A stretch of DNA of 64,000 bases from Paraspadella gotoi (lineage: Eukaryota; Animalia; Chaetognatha), in contig CM119264.1 in assembly GCA_051294375.1 (NCBI GenBank), positions 23,247,955 through 23,311,954 of the forward strand. Direction: 5' to 3'. The notes under the pieces are model-generated. The model worked only from the letters and a program-made list of their open reading frames with translations. It made no database searches and was not told the origin of the DNA. Position numbers and translations under genes: made by a program. How positions within the stretch are numbered: position 1 is the stretch's first letter; every line of letters begins with the position of its first letter. Positions 18,837-33,220 of this stretch are shown in pieces.

Positions 18837-19775
18837 CAGTGCGGTCCCGGACCTCAGGGAAAAATTCTTTCAGAATCTCTGAGTTTTAGAAGGGGTAATA
18901 ACTAACTAACGCTATTCTGATGAGCCTTTTTTTTTTCTCCTCCCAAATGAAAATTAATTTTACCTTTAGATCTGATTTTAATTATTATCCTTAATCATTT
19001 ATAATCTTTTAAACTACCAGTAATTTTTAAACCATCGAAAAACAACAAAACAAACAGTTGGAGTTTTGTATAGCGACTGGTTTATTATTAATGTACCATC
19101 AAAACTGTTTTATAGAGGTACACAGTGGACTAACAGTAAAGAAATTATGACAGTACATTTTTTTTTTCATTTCTTTTTTTTTTTTGAGCGGACTAAACGT
19201 GGGTTCTCGTCGGTTTGCTTTGTTTTATGTAAAGTATAAAAACGTCTTTTAAAATTTCAAAAAATATATATAAAAGCTTTATATATATTTTTAAGAAAAA
19301 ATTCAACTCCGAGATATCACGTACAATATTTTACATAGGTCGGTCTATTTTTTATTTTTCAAGGTTCAAAAATTAGCCTAGCTTAGTATTTGCGAGGTAA
19401 CATCAAAATTATGGTAGTAATGATAATAATAATAATACTAGGTCTATTTGCCCCTGAACTAGGGACGTAAGAAGTTTCCTCATAAAACCTTTGCAATAAA
19501 ATAAAAGTGAGTTTTCTGAACAATAAAAATAAGAGCAATATAAATCGAAATTTTAAATGTTAAAAAAAAAATTGTTATTTTCGTCCAATTTTTTAATTCA
19601 CCATTCCTTAATTAACCGTTCAAGTAATAGGGCAAAACGGAGCAATACAATTAATTTTGACGCACTGTAGGTTCGGAACTGAAAAAAAAAAAAAGAGAAA
19701 AACAAATTCGAAATTTGGATTTTAAAATGCAGAGACCGAAGAGGAGTTATGACGCTAGAGCTTGGAGTCGCTTGG

Positions 19776-20262
19776 GAAAAGAGAGGAAAAAGAATTGAGA
19801 TAGTAATAGAAGGTAAAGATGGAGAAAAGAGAGGAAAAAGGGATTGAGATAGAATAGAAGGGAAAGATAAAGAAAAGACAGGAAAAGGGTTGAGATAGGA
19901 ATGGAAAAGATTGAGAAAAGAGGAGAAAAGGGAATGAGATAGGATGAGAGAAAATTGGAGAAAAGAGAGGAAAATGGATTGAGATAGGAATGGGAGAGAT
20001 GGAGAAAGAGAGAAGGGATGAGATAGTAATAAAGGAAAGAGGAGAAAGAGAGGAAAGGGATTGAGATAGGAATAGAAGGGAAAGATAGAGAAAAGACAGG
20101 AAAAGGATGAGATAGGAATGGGAAAAGATTGAGAAAAGAGAAAAAGGGAAATGAGATAGGAATGAGAGAAATGGAGAAAAGAGAGGAAAAGGGATGAGAT
20201 AGGAATGGGAGAATGGAGAAAAAGAGAGGAAAGGGATTGAGATAGGAATGGTAGAAGATGGA
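19776..20262. repeat. Purine-rich minisatellite, 11 units (second copy)
   Basis: Same unit as 6571-6846; units 6-10 repeat units 1-5. Confidence 0.88.
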
Positions 20263-20552
20263 GATTGCAGGTTGTTGGCAAATGAGTCGATTGGGAAAAA
20301 ATGGAACGATGAAGTTGAAATGGAAAAAAAAAATCAGTTTGACAAAAAAAGGAATAACAATACTGTGATAGGAATATCAAGAATCGAAATACAGAGTACT
20401 ACGTTCGACGCTGACGTAAGTTAAATCATTAAAAAAAATTAAGATGAAACATCGCGATGGCATAGACGGGAAAAAAAAAGTTGGCAGGAAGGTATAGGCA
20501 GACAATGAACAGTTCCAATGAAAGGAGGGCGTAGGAGAGAGGGAGAGAGAGA

Positions 20553-20641
<89 letters not shown>

Positions 20642-21243
20642 ACGCCGCTTCGTTATCTTAAAGACAACAGAGTATTGACATTTACTTTTTCATGGTTAAT
20701 ATTGGAAAGGAAGAGGGTAAAAAGTGAGTCGTCGTTGTTGTTGTTGTCTTCGTCGTTATCGTCGCTGGTTTGAATCCGATAGAGGATTATGAGACATGAG
20801 ACAATGAGTACAGCAGACACAAAAAAAAAATGGATTTTTTTTCACCACAAAAAAAAAAAATCCTTTGTGGCCAAAATTTTCTTTGTTAGTAAAACTAAAT
20901 TTTGTTGAATATTTTCTATCGTTACAAAGATTACATTATCTCCGTCACCTGATTGTGCTCAACCAACTTCTGCTCTCGCTCTCCAGCTCTCTCTTGTTTT
21001 CATACTTGGCATAGAAAAACAAAAGATTTTTCTGCAAATATAGTTTTATGCTTTCCTCACGTGGTGACGTTTTTTTTCGAAAGGATTAATAGATTTATTA
21101 TTGACAGACAGATAGTAAAAAAAGAGAGAAAGAGAGGACAGGAGAGGAACAGAAAAAATCTTTTCAGTATTACACGTAAAGAAAAGTTTAAAAGATACAA
21201 CGTTAATCATGTTTTTTTTTTTTTTCAAATAAAAAAAAAAATT

Positions 21244-21948
21244 TCAAGCTGAGTTAGTGGAGCGTTTGGCCGCGGTGGGCGAGGACGCCGGGCGCGCCGG
21301 TACCGCGATCCGGCGTAGAACGCGCGATCGCGTGTCTCGTCGTCGCCGCTGACGTCGTCGTCGTCGACGCCGATCATTGAAGCGGCGTCGTTATCGGACG
21401 GCGCCTCCTCGTAGCGCGCCGCTTTGGACCGGAAGTCGGCCTGGCGCGGGCTCGTCGTAGGAGTCGTCCGTCGGAATCGGCCGCCGGCGGAGCGGCCATG
21501 AGCGGCGCCGGAAAAGTTCGGCTTCGTCGAGGTCGTGACTAGAGGAGGGAGGGAACGGGGCCGGTCGGCGGACCAGGTGGGTCAAGCCCGGCACGCCCCG
21601 CGAGAAGGAGGAGAATGACCGGGGCCGTCAGGCTGCGGCCGGGGAGAGCTGCAGGAAGAAAGAGAAGGTTTGAAGTTATTGGAGGACAGAGGATGAATCG
21701 GTTAATTAATTAGTTGCTTTATGATTAATGTTTGAATTTTATTTATTTATTATTTTTTATTTATTTATTTATTTATTATTTATTTTTTATTTATTTATTT
21801 TTATTTTATTTATTATTTATTTATTATTTCGTTTTTTTTTAATTTATTTTGTTTTTTTTAATTTATTTTGTTTTTTTTTAATTTATTTTGTTTTTTTTTA
21901 TTTATTTATTTTGTTTTTTTATTTATTTTATTTAATTTATTTATTTTT

Positions 21949-21979
<31 letters not shown>

Positions 21980-22243
21980 TTATTTATTTATTATTTATTT
22001 ATTTATTTTTTATTTATTTATCTTCACTCACGTATGCGAACTCGGCGGTCCTAGCATCTGAGGGATGAGGCAGCATTCCGGTACGAAGGGGTTGGACGAG
22101 GAGGACGGGCAGACCCCCCAGGTGAAGGGGGAGTGCCCCCCTAACACCCCCGCCCCCTTGGGAGGTGGAGGGAGACGAGGGGAGTTCAAGGGGAGGAGGA
22201 AGTCCGTTCGTGGGCGCTGGGGAGAGAGGGAAAGGATTTAGTC

Positions 22244-22275
<32 letters not shown>

Positions 22276-22503
22276 GAGAGAGAGAGGAGAGAGAAGCAGA
22301 GAGAGGAGAGAGAGAGAGAGAGAAGAGAGGGCTTTGAACTCACTGAGGGGTAGTGGCCAGGGGGGCCCTTTCGACAAGGTGGTGCCGCCCGTCCCCGTAC
22401 GATCCGCTGACTCCTGTCGCCGAGGCTGCGCGCATTAGACTCTTGTATTCGAGATTGCGGGAGTTTCTTGCCCGTCAACGATGCAGTGCGTTTGGGGCGC
22501 GGC
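21244..22503 (-). CDS. SoxD: SoxD 3' exons, copy 2 (approx. 22344-22503, 22032-22140, 21244-21648), with many indel errors
   Basis: Same sequence as 7847-9001 with frameshifts; fills in the N gaps of copy 1. Confidence 0.8.
21737..22020. repeat. (TTTA)n / T-rich microsatellite in a SoxD intron
   Basis: Direct reading; corresponds to the N run 8373-8543 in copy 1. Confidence 0.92.
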
Positions 22504-22774
22504 CTTGGGAGGACATTGAAAGGACATTAGGGCTACATGAGCAATTCCAACGATCGACCGAATCAATTCGGTCATTTAACCAATTCGTCATTTACAACAC
22601 ATTTCAATCGATTATTGCCCTCTGAATATATTGGCCATCTTTCCCACGTTTATTCGTTTCTTTTAAAAGTTTTGGGTTTTTTTGAAAATCGTTGTCATTT
22701 TGTCGTCGGCGTCGGACATCATTCACTTTGTGAAATATACTCTCGGTTTTCTCTCTCTCATCTCACTCTCTTCA

Positions 22775-22822
<48 letters not shown>

Positions 22823-22960
22823 CTCTCTACTTCTCCTCTTCTCCGTCGGACATTTCCTTCATTTTTCTCCCAATATTGACCCAAATAAGCATCTGACAGA
22901 ATCTTCTTCATTCCTTCTTTGCGGAATCTCGTTATTCTTCAATATTCTCAGAGAGAGAGG

Positions 22961-23007
<47 letters not shown>

Positions 23008-26000
23008 AGAGAAGAGTGAAATTTGTCCGATAAATATTCGCAAAATAAATATTGCATTAAAGTATTTTGTTCGAAATGTCGATTTTCTTTCTTTTGTGAC
23101 TTGAAGCTAAAAAAAGTTGGTTGAGCTTAAGAGGCCTTTCCTTCACCAAAGAATTCATCAAAGATCTTCGCTTTGCAAATTAAACGTCTTTTTGAATGGT
23201 TCATCTCTTCTCTTTCTCCTTTCTCTCTTTCTCTCTCTTCTCTCTCATCTCTTTCTCTCTTCTCTCTCTCTCTCTTCTCTGTCATTGTGGCTCTAAAAAG
23301 CAAAAGAGCTGTGAGGACCCTCCGAAATCTTTAAGAGATTGATTTGACAAAAACATGGGTTAAGGATTAAAAGTCGAGACGAGAGAGAGAGAGAGAGAGA
23401 GATAGAGAGAGGAGAGAGAGAGAGAGAAGAGGAGAGAGAGAGGAGAGGAGAGAGAGAGAGAGAGAGAGAGACTCGGAATTCTTTTTCTTCTCCAGCAGCT
23501 TCATTCTGTTTTTCTCTCTCTCTTTTCTTTTCTTAAATTTGTTGTTTCTTTTTCCAAGTTTAATTGCATTTTCTCTCTCTTGTTCACATTCTGTTTTTTA
23601 TTTCGCGGGCTGAATTGGAAACTTTCTTTGGTTGACCTTTAGGCCTCAAAGCAATAAAAAAAGTCATTAACAAAGGAGGAAGAGAAATTAAAAAGGAATT
23701 TAACTTGAGGCAAGAATAGGATGGTAAAGTATGGAACGCATTTATATATTATGAAGTGTAAGATTTCAAATCAAAGCGCGAACGATGAGCAAAAATGAAA
23801 AAAGATAAGAGACAAAGATTTCTTTGCATATAATTGACCGTAAGTAAATATCGATTCTAAGCTGGACTTTTCTTGTGACAGAAGAGGGCAGACAACGAAC
23901 GACGTGCCAGTAATTTATATTTCTTTTAATTAGGATTTCAATGAACACATCTATTGAGGAAAGTAAAAGAAAACAATGAAAGCAAGTCAATCAACAGAGC
24001 AGAAATTTGTTAAATTCACTTTTTTCATACATTCCCCATATTATCCATTTGATTTTAAAAAATCATATCGCATCAACTATCTCATTCCTATTCCATATTT
24101 CTTATTCATCCAATCATATTCACTATCATCATTATCATTTCATAATCATCATCATAATCATCATCATCATATCATCTTCATCACTCATCATCACGTCATT
24201 TTATAATCATCCATATAATTCTCATCATCATCATTATCATCTTCAGTCACCGTCGTTATTCATGCACTCATTTATCACTCATACACTATGAAACGATTCA
24301 TCCATCAGTATTGAGACGAAGAGGAGAATCAGAGAGAGAAATTCTTACAAATCTAATGGCGCCGCTTTGGGGACGACAGCCGGACCGGCGCTCGCACGGC
24401 TCTGCGTCAATACTGCAGCGCCGCTGCGCCGACGCGCATCGGCGACACTTTTTTTTGTGAAGGAATTAGAAACGATGTCACAGGACCAAGAGAAGAATAA
24501 TAGAAAAGTCTTAATGGGAGGCGGGTGGGCGAGACGACGACCGACACGAACGACGCGACGACGACCGAGACGACGACGGACGAGACGACAAACAACGACG
24601 AACGAGACGACGACGACGACGAATAAGAGAAAGGAAAACCGAGAAGGAAGGGAAAGTTTCACGGGAGATGACGACAGAGAGAGAGAGACGAAAAGAGAGA
24701 GAGAGAGGACGAATCGGATGGAGAAGAAGAGAAGACGAGAGTAGAGAGAGAGACGAGAGAAGAGAGATAAGAGAGAGAGAGAGAGAGAGAAGAGAGAGAA
24801 GAGACGAGATGGAGGAGGACAGGGGAATGGACAGCAATGAGTATTGATGGGAAAATTAGTCTTTGATTCGAGTTGAATAGATTTTCCCCAGGAATTCAAA
24901 AGAGATAAAATAAAGAGAACGCGGACGAGTGAAGATGTCTTTCTCAATCGTTTCAAAACCGAATCTTTTTTTTTTATTTTTTTTTCTTATTAGCTTTTTT
25001 TTTTGGATACTTTCTTTTTTTTTCATTTCACGATTTTAGGGAAAATATATATAAGACCTAACCGAGGCTGCATAACTTGAATAAAGACACAAGTTGTTGC
25101 CCGTTTCCACTCACGTGTTCTCTTCTCTCTCTCTGCTCCTCTCATCCATCTCTCTCTCTCTCTCTCTCCTCTCCTCTCTCCTCCCTCCTGTCTCTTTCCC
25201 TTTATCTCTTTCCTCCACGTCTCGCTCCCGCTCTCGCTCACTCCTCCGACTTTCAAGACCTTAAATGGGAGCCAGTTGAAACGGCCCATAATGATTTCTT
25301 CTCTCCGAACTCGACGAAACGACGACGACGACGACGACGACACCGACTCCTTCTTCCTAAGAATCTCCTGTCGAGTGACAAACACAAATAGAATGGATCA
25401 TTACTCTTCACTCTTCACATTTTCACTCTGTGTGCGAGTTTGAAGAAACGTGTCTCTCTTTTCATTTACTTCTCTCTCTCTCTCTCGTCTCTCTCCTCTC
25501 TCTCTCTCGTCTCCTCTCTCTCTCTCTCATCATCTCTCTCCTCGGCGACACAATGGGCCGGAGATTTTTAAAACCTGTCGCCATTCCCTTTTAAAAATTT
25601 CGCGTTTCCCGGTTTTTCGGCGCGACGGTTGTCGCAGCGGGAGAAGCAGAAAGGGGGCGGAAAAGGGGGGGTGGGCGGTCGAAGGGGGTTTCGGGGACCT
25701 AGGGAACGTCAGGGGGGACCGAGGGGGTTAGGAACAATCGAAAAAGGAACCCTGAGAGTCGCGAATTCTATGAAAACACTCGAATGAAAATTTGGGAACA
25801 ATTAACGTCGGTCTTGAGACTTTTTTCTTTTCGGTGGAAATCATACTCTAATTCGTTGTTTATATTGTTTTGTTGGTTATTTTATTTACCTCATGTTTAC
25901 GTATTGGTTTTCAAGTGTAGAGATGATTTTTATTTCAATTTCGAAAAAACCGTGGTTTCAGTTAATTTCATTCGATTAGAAATTTCATTGATGGCAACAC

Positions 26001-26166
26001 GCCATTCAATTCATTCCAATTATACGGTTATTGTCCGTAACTTCCTCGTTTATTGTCATCGTTTTCTAGTCTAAAGACTTCTCTCAATAAAATCCTCGCG
26101 GTTGTGGTCCTCATAACTTTAAATCAATTGTAGTCTTATGCCCTGCAAAGGCGTTCTGTTTTAAAA

Positions 26167-26207
<41 letters not shown>

Positions 26208-26638
26208 TTCCGTGAAATTGTCGAATTTAAAGTCTCGCGGATCTTGAATTTCCCTTTGAGGAGATAATATGGGAGTCATTACGAGTTCGAGCGAAATTTC
26301 AATAAAATTTTATCTATTCTTTTCAACGAAGGAAATAACTAAGAAGAGAAAAACGTAAAAGGAAAAAACCGAAGGATAAGTGTCGGGGAAAAAAGTCGGC
26401 CTCAGGCCGCTGCGGAACCGCGTCGCAGTATCGCGGGAGCTCAGCCACCGCAGTGGAAGCAGCAGCGGCGCGGTAAGGCTGGAGGGTAATGAATGAAGCG
26501 GCGCTGTACTGGTTTGTAATGTCCGTTTATCAGGGTAGGTTATTTGCGAATCGTTTGTGAATAAATAGTGAGTTCGCCAACATTTGGTCACTCGAGCGCA
26601 GTTTACCATATCTCTCTCTCTCTCTCTCCCTCTCTCTC

Positions 26639-26679
<41 letters not shown>

Positions 26680-29600
26680 CCAACCCTCGCCGCGGGAGAA
26701 AAATAATAATCGCAATTTGAAAAATGGGAAACTTCAAAATTGTCAACGCAAAGTTTTTCGGGGGAAAATCTGAAAGAGGGCGTTGGAGAAAGGGGAGTAA
26801 AAGAGAAGAAAGGAGGAGGAAGAAGAGGAGGAAGAGGAGTAGATAAACGACTTTGAAGGATCAACAACGACGACGACGACAACGACGACAACGCCTCGGA
26901 TTTGACGTAATGAGTTTTAGCCACAAAGCGACGCATAATCACACGCCGCTCATCAACAATGATGTTGATGATTATTTCTTAAAATTATGAACGTTGGCGG
27001 CTGACGACGACGACGACGACGACGACTGCAATGATGAAGACGTTCTCATTCACGAAGAGCACGATCTACGAAAAACGACGACAAATTTTCTAATTTCTCA
27101 TTTCCTCTCTATTTCGGGGGGAAAATTTCCTCATTTTCTTTCTCTCTTTTCTCCCCTCTTTTATTCCTCATCGATAGAGAGGCTTTTTTTCCCGGTTTGA
27201 TTGCTCCGCGCATCACGCAACAAAGCGCAGATCTTGCCTCCTCTCCCTCTCCCTCTCTCTCTCCCATTCCTTTTTCCCTCAATTCCTTTCCCTACCTTTC
27301 TCCTCCTCGTTTAAATACTCCCCCCCCCAGAAATCTTCACAGGTTAACGACGTCGCTTTATTTCTGACTCTATTGATTTCATTTCTATCCTTCGTTTTCC
27401 CTCGTCATCTTTTTTTGGCAGAGAGAGAGAGAGAGAGAATTCAATGAAATTATTTTAAAATATAGATTATATTGAAAATTAAAAACACCTTATCCCCTCA
27501 TCTTTCTCACTTCTTCCCCCCACCCACCTATATCCGCGCCTTTCGACCACCAGGGCTCGTTTTCGTCGCCACCATCGTCGTCGTCGACATCATCGTCGTC
27601 GTCGACATCATCGTCGTCTTCGTCGTCGTCATCTTCAGAACAAACTTCTTTTGCACTTTAGATTTCTATGTATTTTTTTCTTTTCTTTTTTCCTCCTTTT
27701 TTCCCTTTTATTCTTTGCCTCTAAATTCGTTCCATAGTTATCCCTGGTGGAGCGCCTTTTCCGCCGCTGCGTTCAAAGCCCTAAGAGAAGAGATGGACCT
27801 CAAACGAACAGGAGGGAGAGAGAATAGCTCGCATATAGAGCGAGTAAGGCGTTGGTAGAAAGGGAGTTAAAAGAAGAAGAGGGGAGGAACAAGAGACGCG
27901 AAGAAGGAACGGAAATATGAACAAGCATAAAATCTCCGATAAATGACAAAATTTCTCACCGCAGGTGGCCGCATAAGGATCGACACACGCCTCAGGCAAA
28001 TCAAGGCATTACTCCCGCAGTCATCTTCACGATCTTGATGAAGCCCGTCGAGAAAGTACCGAATCTTTGAAAGATCTTGCGCACAATACGACTCTTACCA
28101 ATATGTTGAGAGACGCAACAAACATATTATTACGACACCGAAAAAACCTTAAACTGAAGCTATGGAAAAAAATAGTAAAAATTGAGAACGTAATATAAAA
28201 ATACTAAATCTGAGAGAGCTGCCACTAATCTTGCGCCGTTCTTCTTGTAAAACAAAATCTTCTTGAAATATACACTGTAAAGTCAAAAAGAATTAAATAC
28301 CTTAATTCTACCTATTGTGCGTAGTAGGTTGGCAAAGAAAAAATATTAAAACTAAACCTAAAAACGAATCAATACCTATCACAATACAACCCGAAAATAC
28401 ATAACGCAAAAAATCGATACACTAAGAAACAAAAGAGTTCTGAATCTGGATGCAATAATAGGAACTTAACTTTATTGTCTATTTTAATTTTAAGCATACC
28501 CGTCTGCGTGCCGTTGCAGAACGAAGAATAACCTAACGGGGCAAGGTTAACTAAGAAAAGACAACGGATGGGGCCTGAGACCACTCAAACGCTAGCCAAA
28601 AAAATAAACCAGCATAACATGGTAATCCCCCGTTGCGCTGGCTCCCTTATTCACTCCTGCTATCTTCATTTTTAAAGGGAGAAAAAATACAAAAAAGTGA
28701 GACGCACTAATTACCAACAACACTTACGACCAATTAACCCTGCCAAACGAAAATTGGGACGTTACCGGATAAGGTCAGGTATGTACTTAAAGGGTTCTCG
28801 TAAGGTCCTTGCCGCCCTAAAGAAGAAGACGGTGGTCAAGCAGTACCTTCCGTTACTGAATGCGAAAAAAATTTGGAGGGTCCGCGACGATTTCTCTTAA
28901 ACCAATTCTTACATGGAGGACCTGCCTGTGTGCGCAAAGAAAGAACCGCCAGGCGCGGCTGGCGACGCGCAGAGGAGACAGTCTTGAGGAAGGAAGGGCA
29001 TCCCAAAAGCCTAAAGTTGTGATATTTTAGCGTCAACTCAGCAAGCTCCGTCACCTAGTATGATCTCTTTTTGAAAGTCTCGAGGCGAAAAACTTTTATC
29101 AAGAAAGCGGAAAAAAATGTTAGGGCAAACTAATGTAAAATATGCAATCAGAAGAGTAGATTAATTATATATTTACTCCTCACTATAATGGCCGTCTCTT
29201 CTGCCTAGGGCTATCCCAATAAACGGAACAAACTAATAAAATACAAAAAATGGGAGCAGATGGGTGTTCTAAGCAGTGGGGTGGTTTTTGCAACCCCTCC
29301 GAAGAGGTTTTCGGTTCTTCCAAGTACCTTCGTTTTCCTGGTCGGAAGACAACGCCTTTGGCGAGCGTTGTGTTGTCTCTTCCTCCTCTCACTCAGCCAA
29401 AAAACCTTGACCTTGAAACTCAAACTTTACCTTTTTTTCTCACTCCCAAAAAGAAAACCAAAATCTAAAATAAAAACAAAATAACTTATGTTCAATTTGT
29501 GGGTTAGACTTAATTACTACAAAAACCGAAAATATCAAATTTTCTTTAAAAAACGAACAAGTAATTAAATTAAAAACCATATTTTATCCTAAAATTACTA

Positions 29601-31599
29601 AAATTTTCATTACGAAAAATTGGCCGTACCCCCGCACGAACGGAGGAGGAACGAACCTAGTTCCGGGTACAAAAAGAAAAAAAAAAATTTTCGAAAAAAA
29701 TTTAGCAAAAAAAAACAACCGCTAAGTCCAAAATACAAGAAAAGAAACTTACGGCGGTAGTTTAATTCTGTATCTTGGGGGAAACGGGGGGAAAATCTCA
29801 AATTTCTCCCGAGCGTAAAGTCGCGAAGATCTGAGAAAAAAGGCCATGATGTTAAATAACACTTTATCGGAGATATCGAGGGCCGTACGATCGATTGAAA
29901 ATTGAGGGTTAAACGCTGCCGAAAACCAAACAAACAAAATAACTGATATTATCAAAAAAAAAGAAAATATTAATATAAACTAAAAAATATTAAAGAAACG
30001 CGTAAGGTATAAACAATAATTAATTTTCAGAAATGCCCGCCGCACCAAGTACCCAGCCGTCAACGCAACTTTCGAAATTCGTAGCCTGCGCCGCATAATC
30101 GTCGTCCACGATCCGAGCGTCCACTACGAACCGGAAGCTCATGTTCATCAAGAGAGCTTGAAGCCGGATGTTAAACGAGCCATAAACACGAAAAATGTCG
30201 CTTTTTGGTAAACTTACGACAGCATGCGCGATGCATCGAAACGCTCGATGGCCCGCGGTTTACCTAAATACGCAACGGAGAAGAAAAGAAATTTGTTGCT
30301 CAAGCGAAAAATCTAAAACATTCCGATGGATAACGAACCTAAAACTCCTTTAACATAAACAAAAAAAATTCTAAAATTCCGGAAATAACGGGTAAAAAAA
30401 GGCAAAAATCGAGTATTTAAGAAAAGTCAAAGCTAATACATTTGGTCAACGAAGAAGAGGCTAGAGACAGGGCCGGACTTTTCCGCCTGCACGGACATAG
30501 CTCCCACGAACCTCACCGCCGGCCATGAAAAACACCCTTCCACCAATACCGCTTGCCTGAACGAAGACGAGACAGTCAAACAGGCAAAGCAAAGGAACTC
30601 CGTCCACAAAGGCGCGCCCATGCGCGATGCAAGGTCGCACATGAGTTGCAGAATTCGAAATTAGAATAGGCAAAATAAACATGAACAACACGAAATAAAA
30701 ATTAAATAGGCTTTTTTAGCGGGGCACTCCCATAAAAAAAGTTTTGCTAAGTGCAGAAAAAATAGGAAATCCGAGTGAAACGTGACCTGAAAGAAAAATG
30801 ATTAATAAATAACGTTTTTCAGCCTTCACGTTTTACAGGAAATCGAAGTCCGTATTTCGAAGATTCCCAACCCTTTACTCCAGCCACTCAGGAGAATCGA
30901 CTATTTCAGTCGAATTTTAATAAAACCAGAAAAACCGAATTAAAAAAACAAATAACTATTGATGCAAATGAAAACAGTTAATATCAAAAAGGGAAGAGGG
31001 CTTTTCCCCACGAGAAAAGGCTTAGAGCGCCATCAGTATTAAAGCAGAAAATAGGCCTAGTCCTATCAGGCGCGGGGCCTTGTTTAAATCATTAGAGAAA
31101 ATACCCGAAAAAAGAGTTCAAGATAGACCTCGCGCTACCGTCATGAACGGAGTTATAATTTATAAGATAAAAAAACGAAAAATATAATAATAATAATTAT
31201 AATAATTCATTTAAAAAAATTAAAATTCCCGTTTAAAAAACGCTCGGTTATTTAATAAAAAAATCTCTAAATAATTTTTACTTTAAAAAACGCTGTAAAG
31301 CGTTTCCAAAAACGAATAAACTTTTAAACTTTTCTGCGACGCGCGGGGACGTACGCACAAAAAAATTGAAAAAACTTCTGCGCCACCCGTTTAAAGAAAT
31401 AAAAATGTCGGCCGTATACGTAACGGACCGGCAGAACTTGTCCCTGGCGCGCAGTTAACGGGGACGCAGGACTAGAAAAAACGAAAAAAAATACTAAGAG
31501 AGAGACTAACTAAGAATCACGCGTTTTTTCGTCGAAACGTCGTCAGAATGAAAATCCTCAGAGAGAACCACATGACCCAAAAAAAAATGGGGGTGGGAA

Positions 31600-33220
31600 C
31601 GAACGACGCACTGCGGATTTGACGAATCAGGCGTTTGCGGGCGGAACGCCATCGCTTCCGTTCCATACGCCCACCGCCTCCTCGCATGCCAGAGTTCCGG
31701 TTCGGCGGATGACGGTTCACGTGTCCCGTCGGACGAATTGAACGCCGACTTCGTTGAGAAACGTGACGGCGTTCAATGGCAAGTGAATCGTCAGAATCAT
31801 TTCCGACGGAGATGGAGCTTGAAGACGGTTTTGACCGAGCCTGTTGATGAGGGGGCTCCATGAGCGGGGGGAGGAGACTTGGAGCACAGCCCACAGGCCG
31901 TTCGCGATGTTGAAATGAAAGCGCCGTATGAACGTTGAACAAGGTCTCATCTCGACTTCGCCAAGAAAACTTCGTATTACCGGCCTCTCGAAATCACTTC
32001 TTCTCTCAATTCTTTCCAATACTCCGTCCTACTTGCCGTTTTCGGCGGAGCGGCTGGCACACACGTTCGTAGTCGCCGATTCAACCAACGTCCTCAATCT
32101 ATCCGAGACTCCATGAAAGATTCGAACTGGAACATAAATCCCTGCGCACTTCCATCGACGCCGACGCGAGAACGCTTCATCAATAATCGAGCTATCCATT
32201 TGAATTTCTCGTTGGCAGGACAAGATTGATGAATTGAATGAAGACTCTGTTCTCGTGCGTCGTTCCAGAAATGTAATTGGCCGAGTCGTCCCTGGAAGAT
32301 ACCGCAGCAGGCGTACTAGACAATGCTGAGACAAGAGCGCCAGACCCGGCTGGCAACTCCTGGCTACGCACCCACAATCTTCGTCGTCGACTAGTTGGTG
32401 CCGCCCGATGCCATCCTGTCAACAGCGCCGAAACGGCGTCAAACGGAAAATGCGGACAACGTTGCCGATTTCGAAGTCATCTTCAAGAGTCCGGTGGGAA
32501 GGGGGACGGTATGGCTCCGGGTTGGACGCAGCGTAAGTCGTCGTCGGGATGGTTTTGCAGCTTGAAGGACAGGTTGGGCCGTCAGTCCCGATTCCTTCTG
32601 GCGTCGTCATCAATCCGTGCTGCGGCGGAATACGGAGCCGTCCCTGTCGATCCTATGCTTTCAACCGGATGAAAACACGTGTCGACAATAGAAATTTGGC
32701 CCGCGAAATCGAGCTGACGGCAATGGCGGCCGAGGTGTTGCCTGAGGCGATCGCGAGGAACTCCGACAAAAGCTCCAACGCATCGTACAATTCATCTTAC
32801 CTCTTTCCATCGGTGGAAACGAATGATTCAACAAGTTGCCCTTTAGAAGTTGAATCTATCCCGTTGGCCTCCGCGATGTTTTTTTCCGTCGGGGCGGCTT
32901 TGGCGCGATCGTACGAATCGCTTTGAGCTCCACCACGCTCGTCGACGTTGGCAGGTTTGCGTAGGAAGATCGTTGCATTCCTGAAGGGCTGCTCGTCGGG
33001 AATTTGAGCCATGTCCGCCGTGAAAAGGTTGTCCGCATATCTCGGATGGCCTAAGTTTGGGAGAGGGTATCAGCCGGCCGTCTTGAAGTCGTCGATGTCC
33101 TTCCTCTTTTCGCCCGCACTAGCGCGACTCAATCTCGTCTTACAAACGACCGGCGAAGTCCACAAAAGACGCCGAAAGGGGAGGTTTCCTTGAAGGCTTT
33201 CGGCACTCGAGCCTTCGAGA
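31600..33220 (-). pseudogene. Partial noisy duplicate of the NACHT/NLR-like reading frame (matches ~38735-40355)
   Basis: Shared strings such as gcacttccatcgacgccgac, cgtacgaatc/cgtacgcgaaaatc, ttccttgaaggctttcggcact; translates ..DNLFTADMAQIPDEQPFRNATIFL..ELYDALELLSEFLAIAS.. Confidence 0.6.

Larger units (their letters stand above)
18680..25020 (+). repeat. Direct duplicate of ~5460-9300 joined to ~12760-14670 (second haplotype or read copy of the SoxD 3' region)
   Basis: Near-identical unique sequence, e.g. gtgcggtcccggacc (5611/18839), gacgctgacgtaagttaa (7001/20408), gccggaccggcgct (14081/24379). Confidence 0.92.

Noticed and set aside
25650-25730. G-run cluster with G-quadruplex potential
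   Set aside because: G-run lengths are unreliable in this error-rich area and there is no functional context
27960-31560. A-skewed region as a possible viral or organellar insertion
   Set aside because: No recognisable ORF, rRNA or tRNA motif; homopolymer-rich texture fits uncorrected read sequence
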